The translations under genes were made by a program, and so were the position numbers. Of a stretch of DNA of 49,436 bases, positions 38,733-47,846 are shown in pieces. Under the pieces are notes generated by a model, which was not told the DNA's origin, did not search any database, and saw only the letters and a program-made list of their open reading frames with translations. Numbering within the stretch: position 1 is the first letter of the stretch; every line of letters starts with the position of its first letter. This stretch comes from an uncultured Calditrichaceae bacterium (GTDB lineage Bacteria > Calditrichota > Calditrichia > RBG-13-44-9), in NCBI GenBank assembly GCA_964627635.1, contig CAZVKP010000001.1:1-49436 (forward strand), written 5' to 3'.

Positions 38733-41700
38733 ATGAATTTAAAGTCAGGTACTGTAGTTGTGAGTCCATTCTGGCCCGAACCTGTGGAAATAAAACTTAT
38801 TGAAGAATCAGGTGATTACGTACATATTGTTGGTGTCACGACTAAATCCAATCAGCATGTTGATCAGATTATTTCAAAAAAAGAATTAGCAAATTTCGAA
38901 GTATTGGGGACAGAAATTAGATGTGATGAAGAACCCTGGAAAGTATTCCTGGGTTTAGAAACTATTCGCTATCGGTTTGCAACCCTTTATGATCCACTAC
39001 TCGCGATGAATACATCAAAAGTAGATCCTTTACCCCACCAAATTGAGGCGGTTTACGGTTATGTTTTGAAGTTGCCAAGAATCCGATTTCTGATTGCGGA
39101 TGACCCTGGCGCAGGTAAAACGATTATGGCTGGATTAATCATAAAGGAATTAAAACTGCGAAATCTGGCCAAGAAAATCCTGATAGTCGTCCCGGGACAT
39201 TTGAAAGACCAGTGGCGTCGGGAACTGTCAGAACGCTTCGAAGAAAAATTTATGGTTATGGATCGAGGCTTACTGGATGCACTTTACGGAGAAAATGCCT
39301 GGTTGCGGGAGAAGCAAATTATTACGTCAATAGATTTTGCCAAACAAGAAGATGTGTTACCTTCAATTGCCAGTGCAAGGTATGATTTAATCATAGTGGA
39401 TGAAGCTCATAAAATGAGTGCTTATAAATATGGTGATAAAATTAGCAAGACCAGTCGTTATAAACTTGGTGAGGCACTTTCACGGAATACCGAACACTTG
39501 CTTTTTCTGACTGCTACTCCCCATAAGGGAGATCCGGAAAATTTTAGGTTGTTTTTGGATTTGCTTGAACGGGGATTTTTTTCAACTAATGAGCTGTTAA
39601 ATGATTCGGTTAAAAATAAAGATAATCCTTTATTTATTCGCCGGATTAAGGAAGATCTCAAGGATTTTGAAGGAAAACCCATTTTTCTTCCCCGCTATGT
39701 GAGAACCAAGGCATTTCGATGGAAAACGGATTCTCCTAATGAACAGATTCTCTACAATGAACTCTCTAAATACGTTCAGAATCAATACAATAAAGCATTA
39801 ACTAAAACTAAAAGGCGAAATGTTGCATTTGCGTTGGTTATTCTACAAAGACGATTGGCTTCCAGCACTTATGCATTGTGGAAATCTCTGGAACGGCGCA
39901 AAAAACGCCTGGAAGAAATGCTGGAAACAGTAGATAAACCCGGAAAATTGATGGAAAAAGAATTTGATTTTGATACGGTGGAGGATATGAGCGAAGAAGA
40001 ACGATGGAAGGAAGAAGAAATTTGGGAGACATTGAGTGTTGCGGAAAATCGGGAAGAATTAGAAAAGGAGATACAAACCCTTATTGGTTTAATTACAAAG
40101 GCAAAGAAAATAATTCAGAATGAAGAAGAATTGAAATTGCTGGAATTTAAAAATGCGTTGCAGGAATTAGTACAAAACTATGCCGAACGAAAAGACAAAA
40201 AGGTATTGGTTTTTACCGAATCTAAGGAGACGCTGGAATATCTGGAAAAGAAAATTCGAAGCTGGGGGTATTCAACAAATACCATTCACGGCGGGATGAA
40301 ATTAGATGAACGAATTAAAGCTGAAACTATTTTTAAAAATGAAACCGATGTATTGGTTGCAACCGAGGCTGCAGGTGAAGGTATAAATCTCCAATTTTGC
40401 CATTTAATGATAAATTACGACATTCCCTGGAATCCGAACCGATTGGAACAACGAATGGGACGAATACATCGCTATGGGCAGCAAAAAGAGGTTCACATTT
40501 TTAATTTAGTGGCAATTGACAGTCGTGAAGGCCAAGTATTGTACCGTTTATTTGAAAAAATTGATGAAATTAGAGATGCCATGGGCAGCGATAAAGTATT
40601 TGATGTTCTGAGCGAAGTATTGTATGATAAAAATCTATCTCAGCTATTGATGGAAGCCGCTGCCAGTTCCAGAGATATCAATGAAATTGTTAATGAGGTG
40701 GATATTACTGTAGATGATGAATATATCGCTCAAATAAAGGAAAACTTAGGTGAAAGTCTGGCAACCAGATTTATTGACTATACCAGAATTAAAGAAATGG
40801 CTCAACAGGCTAAAGAATACCGGTTGATTCCGGAGTATACCGAAAGTTATTTTAAAAAAGCATTTGCCAAAGTTGGAGGTCGATTCCGAAAATTATCAGG
40901 AAGCGAACAGTCACCGTGGAAAGAAGGACTTATCTCTGTAGATTCAATCCCATATGATATTCGTAAAATTGCCGATGAAGATACTTTTATAAAGACACAT
41001 GGCGAATTATTAAAGCGCTATATGCGATGCACCTTTGACAAGGAAATCGCTTTTAAGAATCCCGATATGGAATTTGTTACCTTTGGTCATCCGTTATTTG
41101 AAGCGGTAATGGATTGGGTCGATGCTAATTTTAATGACTCATTATTAAATGGCGCAACCTTTATCGACCCGGACGGAAAACTCAATGGATATATTCTGTT
41201 TTTTGAGGGAGAGATTAAAGATGGCATGGGAGATGTAGCCGGAAAGCGGCTTTTCAGCTTTTTGATTAGTGACAATGACATTACAACTGTTTCTCCGGCT
41301 ATTATTTGGGATTTATCGGAAAATGACTCCGAAGAAATAATACCAAATGAAGTGTCTGGGATCGATATAGATGCCCTTAAGAAAAAAGGATTTAATGCCA
41401 TTATCCCGCAACTTGAATCCTATAAATCTGAATTATTTCAAGAACGCCAACGGCAAGCTCACATCCATCATAAATACGGCGTGAAATCATTAGATGACCT
41501 TGTGGTCAATTTGGATGCTGAATTAATTAAACTCTATGAACGTAAAGAAATGGGAGAAAATGTCGATCTGGCGATTCGTAATAAGCAGGAACGAATGAGT
41601 GAATACCAACGGGCGCTCCAAGAGTTGAAAGAACTCATTGAAATGGAACAGAGTTTGACTATGAGCGCGCCAAAATTTAGAGGAATCCTTCGGGTAATAC

Positions 41701-42110
41701 CTGCTAAGAAGAAAAGCATAGCAATGGTCAGTGATGAAATGATTGAACGCATCGGTATGGAGGTTGCCATAAATTATGAAGAAGAAAATAAACGAACGGC
41801 GGAAGACGTGTCATCCGAAAATTTGGGTTTTGATATTCGTTCCGTGGATATAAACAAAAATATTCGCTACATCGAGGTGAAAGCCCGGGCGGGAATGGAT
41901 GCAATTGCATTGACCCAGAATGAATGGTTTAAAGCCAGGCGATTTAAAAATGATTATTATTTATATGCTGTGCTCAATGTAGCAGAGAGTCCACAACTCT
42001 ATATTATTCCGAATCCGGCTGAAAATCTTAAACCGGATGAAAAGATAGAAATGGTGCGTTATATTATTGATGTAAGACAGATAGTACAAATAGGTGCTGA
42101 AAATGATTAA
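38733..42110 (+). CDS. SNF2-family helicase (1125 aa) with a C-terminal DUF3883-like PD-(D/E)xK nuclease-fold domain
   Basis: Motif I is ADDPGAGKT, motif II is IIVDEAHK and motif III is LTATPHKG. The helicase-C region reads VLVATEAAGEGINLQFCHLMINYDIPWNPNRLEQRMGRIHRYGQ. The C-terminal GFDIRSVD...IRYIEVKAR...LTQNEWFKA...YYLYAV is the DUF3883-like part. Confidence 0.85.
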   Translation: MNLKSGTVVVSPFWPEPVEIKLIEESGDYVHIVGVTTKSNQHVDQIISKKELANFEVLGTEIRCDEEPWKVFLGLETIRYRFATLYDPLLAMNTSKVDPLPHQIEAVYGYVLKLPRIRFLIADDPGAGKTIMAGLIIKELKLRNLAKKILIVVPGHLKDQWRRELSERFEEKFMVMDRGLLDALYGENAWLREKQIITSIDFAKQEDVLPSIASARYDLIIVDEAHKMSAYKYGDKISKTSRYKLGEALSRNTEHLLFLTATPHKGDPENFRLFLDLLERGFFSTNELLNDSVKNKDNPLFIRRIKEDLKDFEGKPIFLPRYVRTKAFRWKTDSPNEQILYNELSKYVQNQYNKALTKTKRRNVAFALVILQRRLASSTYALWKSLERRKKRLEEMLETVDKPGKLMEKEFDFDTVEDMSEEERWKEEEIWETLSVAENREELEKEIQTLIGLITKAKKIIQNEEELKLLEFKNALQELVQNYAERKDKKVLVFTESKETLEYLEKKIRSWGYSTNTIHGGMKLDERIKAETIFKNETDVLVATEAAGEGINLQFCHLMINYDIPWNPNRLEQRMGRIHRYGQQKEVHIFNLVAIDSREGQVLYRLFEKIDEIRDAMGSDKVFDVLSEVLYDKNLSQLLMEAAASSRDINEIVNEVDITVDDEYIAQIKENLGESLATRFIDYTRIKEMAQQAKEYRLIPEYTESYFKKAFAKVGGRFRKLSGSEQSPWKEGLISVDSIPYDIRKIADEDTFIKTHGELLKRYMRCTFDKEIAFKNPDMEFVTFGHPLFEAVMDWVDANFNDSLLNGATFIDPDGKLNGYILFFEGEIKDGMGDVAGKRLFSFLISDNDITTVSPAIIWDLSENDSEEIIPNEVSGIDIDALKKKGFNAIIPQLESYKSELFQERQRQAHIHHKYGVKSLDDLVVNLDAELIKLYERKEMGENVDLAIRNKQERMSEYQRALQELKELIEMEQSLTMSAPKFRGILRVIPAKKKSIAMVSDEMIERIGMEVAINYEEENKRTAEDVSSENLGFDIRSVDINKNIRYIEVKARAGMDAIALTQNEWFKARRFKNDYYLYAVLNVAESPQLYIIPNPAENLKPDEKIEMVRYIIDVRQIVQIGAEND

Positions 42111-43353
42111 AAATGTTGAAATTTTACATTACAAAGGATTTAAATATAATCACATTGATCTGACGAATTACAATATTTTAGTTGGACCAAATGCCAGTGG
42201 TAAGAGTTCCTTATTGGATGTTTTTACCTTTTTAAAAGATGTGTTGAATGAAGAACCTGTATATGCTATACAAAAAAGAAGCTCGCGTTTTGAAGAATTG
42301 GTTTGGAATCAACAAAGAGATTACTTTGAAATTGCTGTAGAATTTAAAATACCGCCAGAAAAAAATACACGTTACCAATTTGCTAGATATGAAATAGCTC
42401 TCACTCAAAATGAATTAGATGGAATTATTATAGAAAATGAGCAACTCTGGTTGTTAAGAGATTACAATAAAAGAAACCTCAAGCGAAAGTTGAATAAACA
42501 ACTTACACTTTTCCCGCGTGAACCGGAAGCTCCCATCCATGTTATTACTCAATCAAAAAAAAATCCGGTTGGTTGGCGTAAAATTGTTTCGAAAAGTAAT
42601 AAAGGAAATGATTATTTTCGATCAGAAAACACCGAATGGAATATAACATATCGATTTGGACCTCAAAAAGCCTCGTTGGCACGCATTCCAGAAGATGTTA
42701 ATAGATTTTCAATTTCGTTGTGGATTAAGTCAGTTCTTATGGAAGGTATAGAATTTATCCAGCTAAACAGTGCCGATATGCATAAAGCCTGCAGGCCAGA
42801 TTCTCCAGTATATTTTGAAGCAACCGGAAGCAATCTGCCCAAAGTGATTAAGTATCTAAAGGATAACCATTCTGATGCTTTTAAACGATGGGTGGATCAT
42901 GTAGGAACCGCCTTACCTGATGTATTGAATATTCAGGTTAAGGAAAGGCCTGAAGATCGATTCCTGTATTTGTCAATTAAATATCAAAGTGGGGTCGAAA
43001 TTCCTTCCTGGTTGTTGTCAGATGGCACCTTAAGATTATTGGCTCAAACATTAATTGCTTATTTGCCTGAAAAAGATAAATTATATATGATTGAAGAACC
43101 TGAAAATGGATTACATCCTCAAGCAATCGAAACAGTTATACAATCATTATCTTCTGTGTATAAAAACCAAGTAATTTTGGCAACTCATTCACCAGTGGTG
43201 TTACGATTATCTGAGCCAGATGATATACTCTGTTTTTCCAAAACCGAATCAGGGGCATTTGACATCATCCGAGGAGATAAGCATCCCAAATTAAAAGGCT
43301 GGAAAAAAGATGTGGATATGGCAACTCTTCATGCTGCCGGGGTTTTACAATAA
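42103..43353 (+). CDS. AAA/ABC-type ATPase (AAA_21/AAA_15-like, SMC/OLD-type fold without a nuclease domain)
   Basis: Walker A is GPNASGKSS, Walker B/D-loop is LYMIEEPENGLHP and the H-loop is ILATHSP. The ATG at 42103 overlaps the helicase stop (42108-42110). Confidence 0.8.
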   Translation: MIKNVEILHYKGFKYNHIDLTNYNILVGPNASGKSSLLDVFTFLKDVLNEEPVYAIQKRSSRFEELVWNQQRDYFEIAVEFKIPPEKNTRYQFARYEIALTQNELDGIIIENEQLWLLRDYNKRNLKRKLNKQLTLFPREPEAPIHVITQSKKNPVGWRKIVSKSNKGNDYFRSENTEWNITYRFGPQKASLARIPEDVNRFSISLWIKSVLMEGIEFIQLNSADMHKACRPDSPVYFEATGSNLPKVIKYLKDNHSDAFKRWVDHVGTALPDVLNIQVKERPEDRFLYLSIKYQSGVEIPSWLLSDGTLRLLAQTLIAYLPEKDKLYMIEEPENGLHPQAIETVIQSLSSVYKNQVILATHSPVVLRLSEPDDILCFSKTESGAFDIIRGDKHPKLKGWKKDVDMATLHAAGVLQ

Positions 43354-43973
43354 TGAAAGATTTAGTCATTTTGGTGCCTGATAAAAATACACAATTTGTC
43401 TTAAATGGACTTTTACCCCGTCATCAAGCACTTCAAATACGTCCTCTGGAATATGATATTTTTATTCATCCACAACGGGATCCAGGTGTTTATCGTTATG
43501 CTTCAACGTTTTTCCGGCAATTTTTCCGGCAATATGATTACGCTCTTGTGTTTATTGACAGGGAGGGATGTGGACAAGAAGATAAGACTGCTAGTGAAAT
43601 TAGAGAAAATATTCAATCAGATTTGAATAGAAATGGATGGCAAGATCGTTGTGATGTTGTTGTTTTCGATCCGGAATTGGAAATATGGGCTTGGGTGGAC
43701 TCTCCCCATTTGGCTCATTTTCTTGGGTGGGAAAATTTAACGACATTACATGAGTTTATAAAGCAAGAGGGGTTTTGGATAGAAAATGACCCGAAACCAA
43801 ATCGCCCAAAGGAATCAATTGAAACTGCTCTACGAGAAAAAGAAATACAACGGTCTTCTGCGATCTACAGAAACATTGCTTCAAATGCCAGTTTCAGTGA
43901 TTGTGAGGATTCTTCTTTCTTACATTTTAAAAGTGTTTTAACTCAATGGTTTCCAGAAAGGAGAAGAAGGTGA
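43353..43973 (+). CDS. 206-aa partner of the ATPase, family uncertain (DUF4276-like/Toprim-like by loose motif resemblance)
   Basis: The ATG shares a base with the ATPase [32 protein letters not shown] and [15 protein letters not shown] are loosely reminiscent of DUF4276. No profile search was possible. Confidence 0.35.
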   Translation: MKDLVILVPDKNTQFVLNGLLPRHQALQIRPLEYDIFIHPQRDPGVYRYASTFFRQFFRQYDYALVFIDREGCGQEDKTASEIRENIQSDLNRNGWQDRCDVVVFDPELEIWAWVDSPHLAHFLGWENLTTLHEFIKQEGFWIENDPKPNRPKESIETALREKEIQRSSAIYRNIASNASFSDCEDSSFLHFKSVLTQWFPERRRR

Positions 43974-46846
43974 AAGATAAAGATAAACGTCTCATAGAAG
44001 AATCGTTCCCGGTTAAGGAAGTGAGCAAAGAGTCCGCGAGAGAAAAGAACATCCGTCACGGGCATATTTCCACTTTACACATCTGGTGGGCGAGGCGACC
44101 GTTGGCAGCTTCCAGAGCCACTGCCTATGCGGCTCTGACGCCAGCTCCCAAAACACCGGATGAGTGGAATGCAAAACGAAATTTTATAACAGAACTTTGT
44201 AAATGGGAAAATTCCAATAACCAGCAATTACTCGAAAAAGCGCGGAAGGACATTCTGGAAGCCAACGGCGGCGTTCCACCCAAAGTGCTTGATTCCTTTG
44301 CAGGTGGGGGATCGATTCCCCTGGAGGCGCTGCGACTGGGATGCGAGACCTATTCCAATGATTATAATCCGGTGGCGGTGCTCATACAAAAATGCACGTT
44401 AGAGTATCCCCAGAAATATGGGAAACCAATACCAAAGGCTCAGTATCTGGCGGAACGGCCATGGCTGAAAAGCAGCAAAGAGCAGAGCGCAGAGCGAAAA
44501 GCGTTGTTTTATGATAATGTAATGAACGGCAGCAACGAAATGTTAAACCCGCTGCTGGAGGATGTGAAATACTGGGGGAACTGGGTGCTGCAGGAAGCCA
44601 AAAAAGAGATCGGCAGGTTTTATCTAAAAGATCCAGACGGTTCTGTTCCGGTAGGTTATATCTGGGCGCGGACCATTCCCTGCCAGAATCCGACTTGTGG
44701 AGCAGAGATTCCCTTGATGCGGCAGTTCTGGTTGGCGAAGAAACCGAAGAAAAAAGTAGCGCTGTTTCCGACATCCCCCCCAGCCCCCCTTCCCACGGAA
44801 GTGGTGGCTTACGCCAATAGGGGGGAAGGTGATAGTCCCCTTTCGAAGGGGGATTTAGGGGGATGTCCACAGGTACAGTTCAAGATTATTGGGGACGGTT
44901 ACGAACCGATGCCGGAAGATTTTGACCCGTCCAACGGCACGGTATCCCGGGCGGTTGCTACCTGTCCGGTATGCGGCAGTACCATAGAAGCCAAAACCAC
45001 CCGCAAACTGTTCCAGCAGGGAAAAAGCGGCGAGCGTATGGTAGCGGTGGTGACCCATAAGCCCGGCACGACCGGCAAAAAATACCGCCTTGCCACCGAC
45101 CAGGATATGGAAATTTTCCGGGAAGCAGAAAAATATCTGCAGGAAAAACGGGAAGGGCTGATGCAGGAATGGGGGATGGACCCGGTGCCAGATGAACCCT
45201 TACCACCTAAAGAAAGTCATCGTGCTGTTGGTAGTCAGTTACCACTTTATAATTTTAAAGTATGGGGGGATTTATTTAACATCAGACAAAAAATAGTTCT
45301 ATTAACATTTATTGAAAAGGTGCTATATGCACAGCGAAGGTTGTTAGAATTTAAACTGGATTTAGGATATGTTAAGTCGTTGAGCAGTTATTTAGGTTTA
45401 ACTTTTGATATGACGGCTGCTTTTGGAAACGTGCTTGCTAGATGGGAGAACACTTCGGAGGCGATTAAACAATTATTTTCAAGACAAGCACTACCAATGC
45501 TCTGGGATTATATAGAAGTAAATCCACTAAGTACATCTTCTGGGAGTTTTAACGCTGGCTCTGATTATTATTATAAGGTAATTGAGCACTGCTCAAAAGT
45601 AAGTAAAAATTCCTCTTCAATTTCACAATTTTCTTCTACTTCATTAAATTTTAAGAATAATTATTTTGATACAGTAATTACAGATCCCCCTTATTATGAC
45701 AACGTTCCCTACTCTTATCTTTCTGATTTCTTTTATGTTATTTTAAAGCGCACTGTTGGCCAAGTAAATTCAGAAATGTTTTCTACACCACTTACGCCTA
45801 AAAGCAATGAAATTGTGGTTTATGGAAATACGCCTGGAGGAAAAGGAAAAGCCACAAAATTTTTTGAGGATATGCTCAAAAAATCTTTTCAAGAAATTAA
45901 TCGTGTGCTTAAGCCAAATGGTACAGCAATAATAGTTTATGCCCATAAATCTACGGCCGGTTGGGAAACATTGATTAATTCTATGTTAGATTCTGGACTG
46001 ATAATCACAAGTGCATGGCCTGTTAATACAGAGATGAAATCTAGGCTTCTGGCGCATGAAACAGCTGCATTAGCATCATCTATGTATATAGTCGCTCGCA
46101 AAAGGAAGCGACAACCCACCGGTTTCTACAATCAGGTAAAAGAAGAACTGAATCAATATCTTTCTCAAAAATTGGACCGTCTCTGGCAGGAGGGCATCAG
46201 TGGGGCAGATTTTTTTATTGCTGCCATCGGATCCGCCATCGAAGTGTTTGGCAAATACGAAAAAGTAATGGATTACGAGGGCAACATCATCCGCGCCAAC
46301 CGTTTGTTAATGGACGTGCGTAAAATTGCCACCGATTATGCAGTGAGACAAATCCTGCACAACGGGTTTGCGGGGGAGATTTCCGACCTCACTCGCTTTT
46401 ACGTGCTGTACCGCTGGGAATTCGGTGCCGCCAAAGCGCCCTTCGACGAAGCCCGTAAACTGGCGGCAAGCTGCGGCATCGATCTGTCCCAATTTTGGCA
46501 TAAGCACAAGTTCATCAAAAAAGCTAAAGAATTCGTGAAAGTGTTGGGACCGCAGGAGCGTAATCCGGAAGAATTAAAAAATTCCATCGAACTGATTGAT
46601 GTATTGCAAAAAGCGTTGTTACTGTGGGAAAAGAGCAAACGGGAAGAGATGATGCAAGTTTTGCAGGAATCCGGTTATGCCAATAGCGAAGCGTTTTACC
46701 GGGTAGCGCAGGCCATCTCCGAAACATTACCCAACGAGAGCAAAGAAAAGAAATTGCTGGAAGGCTTTTTGTCCGGGAGAGAACGGATTCAGTCCGAGAG
46801 CAAGAATTATGTAGTCAAAGAGCGGCAGGGGAAGTTTGATTTTTAA
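43970..46846 (+). CDS. DUF1156-type Zn-ribbon DNA methyltransferase (N6-adenine/N4-cytosine class)
   Basis: The N-terminal [38 protein letters not shown] is the DUF1156 signature. The SAM motif DSFAGGGS starts at 44291. The Zn ribbon is CQNPTC...CPVC (44681-44974) and motif IV DPPY lies at 45683-45694. The GTG at 43970 overlaps the upstream TGA (GTGA); the ATG at 43946 is an alternative start. Confidence 0.85.
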   Translation: MKDKDKRLIEESFPVKEVSKESAREKNIRHGHISTLHIWWARRPLAASRATAYAALTPAPKTPDEWNAKRNFITELCKWENSNNQQLLEKARKDILEANGGVPPKVLDSFAGGGSIPLEALRLGCETYSNDYNPVAVLIQKCTLEYPQKYGKPIPKAQYLAERPWLKSSKEQSAERKALFYDNVMNGSNEMLNPLLEDVKYWGNWVLQEAKKEIGRFYLKDPDGSVPVGYIWARTIPCQNPTCGAEIPLMRQFWLAKKPKKKVALFPTSPPAPLPTEVVAYANRGEGDSPLSKGDLGGCPQVQFKIIGDGYEPMPEDFDPSNGTVSRAVATCPVCGSTIEAKTTRKLFQQGKSGERMVAVVTHKPGTTGKKYRLATDQDMEIFREAEKYLQEKREGLMQEWGMDPVPDEPLPPKESHRAVGSQLPLYNFKVWGDLFNIRQKIVLLTFIEKVLYAQRRLLEFKLDLGYVKSLSSYLGLTFDMTAAFGNVLARWENTSEAIKQLFSRQALPMLWDYIEVNPLSTSSGSFNAGSDYYYKVIEHCSKVSKNSSSISQFSSTSLNFKNNYFDTVITDPPYYDNVPYSYLSDFFYVILKRTVGQVNSEMFSTPLTPKSNEIVVYGNTPGGKGKATKFFEDMLKKSFQEINRVLKPNGTAIIVYAHKSTAGWETLINSMLDSGLIITSAWPVNTEMKSRLLAHETAALASSMYIVARKRKRQPTGFYNQVKEELNQYLSQKLDRLWQEGISGADFFIAAIGSAIEVFGKYEKVMDYEGNIIRANRLLMDVRKIATDYAVRQILHNGFAGEISDLTRFYVLYRWEFGAAKAPFDEARKLAASCGIDLSQFWHKHKFIKKAKEFVKVLGPQERNPEELKNSIELIDVLQKALLLWEKSKREEMMQVLQESGYANSEAFYRVAQAISETLPNESKEKKLLEGFLSGRERIQSESKNYVVKERQGKFDF

Positions 46847-46886
46847 TTTTGGAGTTTAGAGTTAGTTATCAAAGAAAGAAAAAACA

Positions 46887-47174
46887 GTGGAATGTCAGGA
46901 ATACAGTTTCAGTAGTCATGCGATTCAGCGAATGTTTGAAAGAATGATTTCGAAACAAACTGTTAAATTGGCTGTACAGCATGGTGAAGTTATTGCACGT
47001 TATCCTGACGATAAGCCTTATCCGAGTTATTTGATTTTATATTTTGAGATGGATCGACCGATACACGTTCTTGCAGCATTGGAAAAATCAAAAAATAAAT
47101 GTTATATTGTTACCGTATATGAACCGGATAAACATATCTGGGAAGACGATTTTCGTACAAGGAGAAAATCATGA
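46887..47174 (+). CDS. DUF4258-domain protein (putative toxin of a type II TA pair); GTG start
   Basis: FSSHAIQRMFERMISKQTV...PIHVLAA...YIVTVYEPD matches the DUF4258 pattern. There is a 4-nt overlap with the downstream zinc-finger gene. Confidence 0.65.
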   Translation: MECQEYSFSSHAIQRMFERMISKQTVKLAVQHGEVIARYPDDKPYPSYLILYFEMDRPIHVLAALEKSKNKCYIVTVYEPDKHIWEDDFRTRRKS

Positions 47175-47395
47175 AATGTGTGATTTGCAAACAGGGAATT
47201 ACAAAACCGGGTTTGACAACGGTTACGCTTCAACGCGGTGATACAACCATAATTTTTAAAGAAGTTCCGGCAGATATCTGCGAGAATTGTGGTGAATATT
47301 ATTTGTCGGAAGAAATTACCGGTAAACTTTTGGCACGGGCAGAAGAAGCGGTTCAAAAAGGCACAGAAGTGGAAATTCTGAAGTTCGCCGCTTGA
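47171..47395 (+). CDS. YgiT-type zinc-finger protein (MqsA-like antitoxin N-domain)
   Basis: MKCVICKQG...TTVTLQRGDTTIIFKEVPADICENCGEYYLSEE carries the two CxxC knuckles. Confidence 0.7.
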   Translation: MKCVICKQGITKPGLTTVTLQRGDTTIIFKEVPADICENCGEYYLSEEITGKLLARAEEAVQKGTEVEILKFAA

Positions 47396-47421
47396 ATTGA
47401 ACTTTTTTAAAAGGATAGTTT

Positions 47422-47709
47422 ATGACAAACGAAGATATCCTTCAAATTTTAAAAACACTCCAGCCGGAAGCCCGGAGTAAATACAGGGCAGACACCAAGG
47501 GAATTTTTTGTTCTTATGTTCGGGGAGATGAAACAAACGTCAGCGATATTGATGTTCTGTTTAATTTCGCTGATTCTGCCTATCTTTTCGATTTTGTGGG
47601 ATTAAGCCAGTTCCTGGAGGAAAAATTTCAATGTCAGGTGGATATTGTTCCACAAGATGATATCGGTGCGGAACTGAAGGCGGAAATATTGAGGGAGACT
47701 CTTTCATGA
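47422..47709 (+). CDS. Minimal nucleotidyltransferase (MNT/MntA-like antitoxin), apparently orphaned
   Basis: The ...YVRGDETNVSDIDVLF motif is present, but the usual GS is CS here. There is no intact HEPN/DUF86 partner downstream. Confidence 0.7.
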   Translation: MTNEDILQILKTLQPEARSKYRADTKGIFCSYVRGDETNVSDIDVLFNFADSAYLFDFVGLSQFLEEKFQCQVDIVPQDDIGAELKAEILRETLS

Positions 47710-47846
47710 TGAGAGTTTACAATAATTACAGGTGACAAACCATACATAATAAAATTCCTAAGATAGAACCGTTGTTAGAATAAATTAAAAAGGAATTGGA
47801 AAAGAACGATAATCAATAAAAAAAGAAAGGGTAAATAGAGGAAAAT

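Noticed and set aside
43946-43969. The ATG at 43946 as the methylase start (ORF track)
   Set aside because: It is possible, but it would overlap the upstream gene by 28 nt. The GTG at 43970 gives a GTGA stop/start overlap preceded by AAGGAGAAGAAGG, and it leaves an N-terminus ([14 protein letters not shown]) typical of DUF1156 proteins. I kept it as an alternative rather than excluding it outright.
44382-45206. Several 65-162-aa minus-strand ORFs inside the 5' part of the methylase gene
   Set aside because: They occur exactly where the local GC content is high, which lengthens random ORFs. The plus-strand frame carries the DUF1156 signature, the Zn ribbon and the SAM motif.
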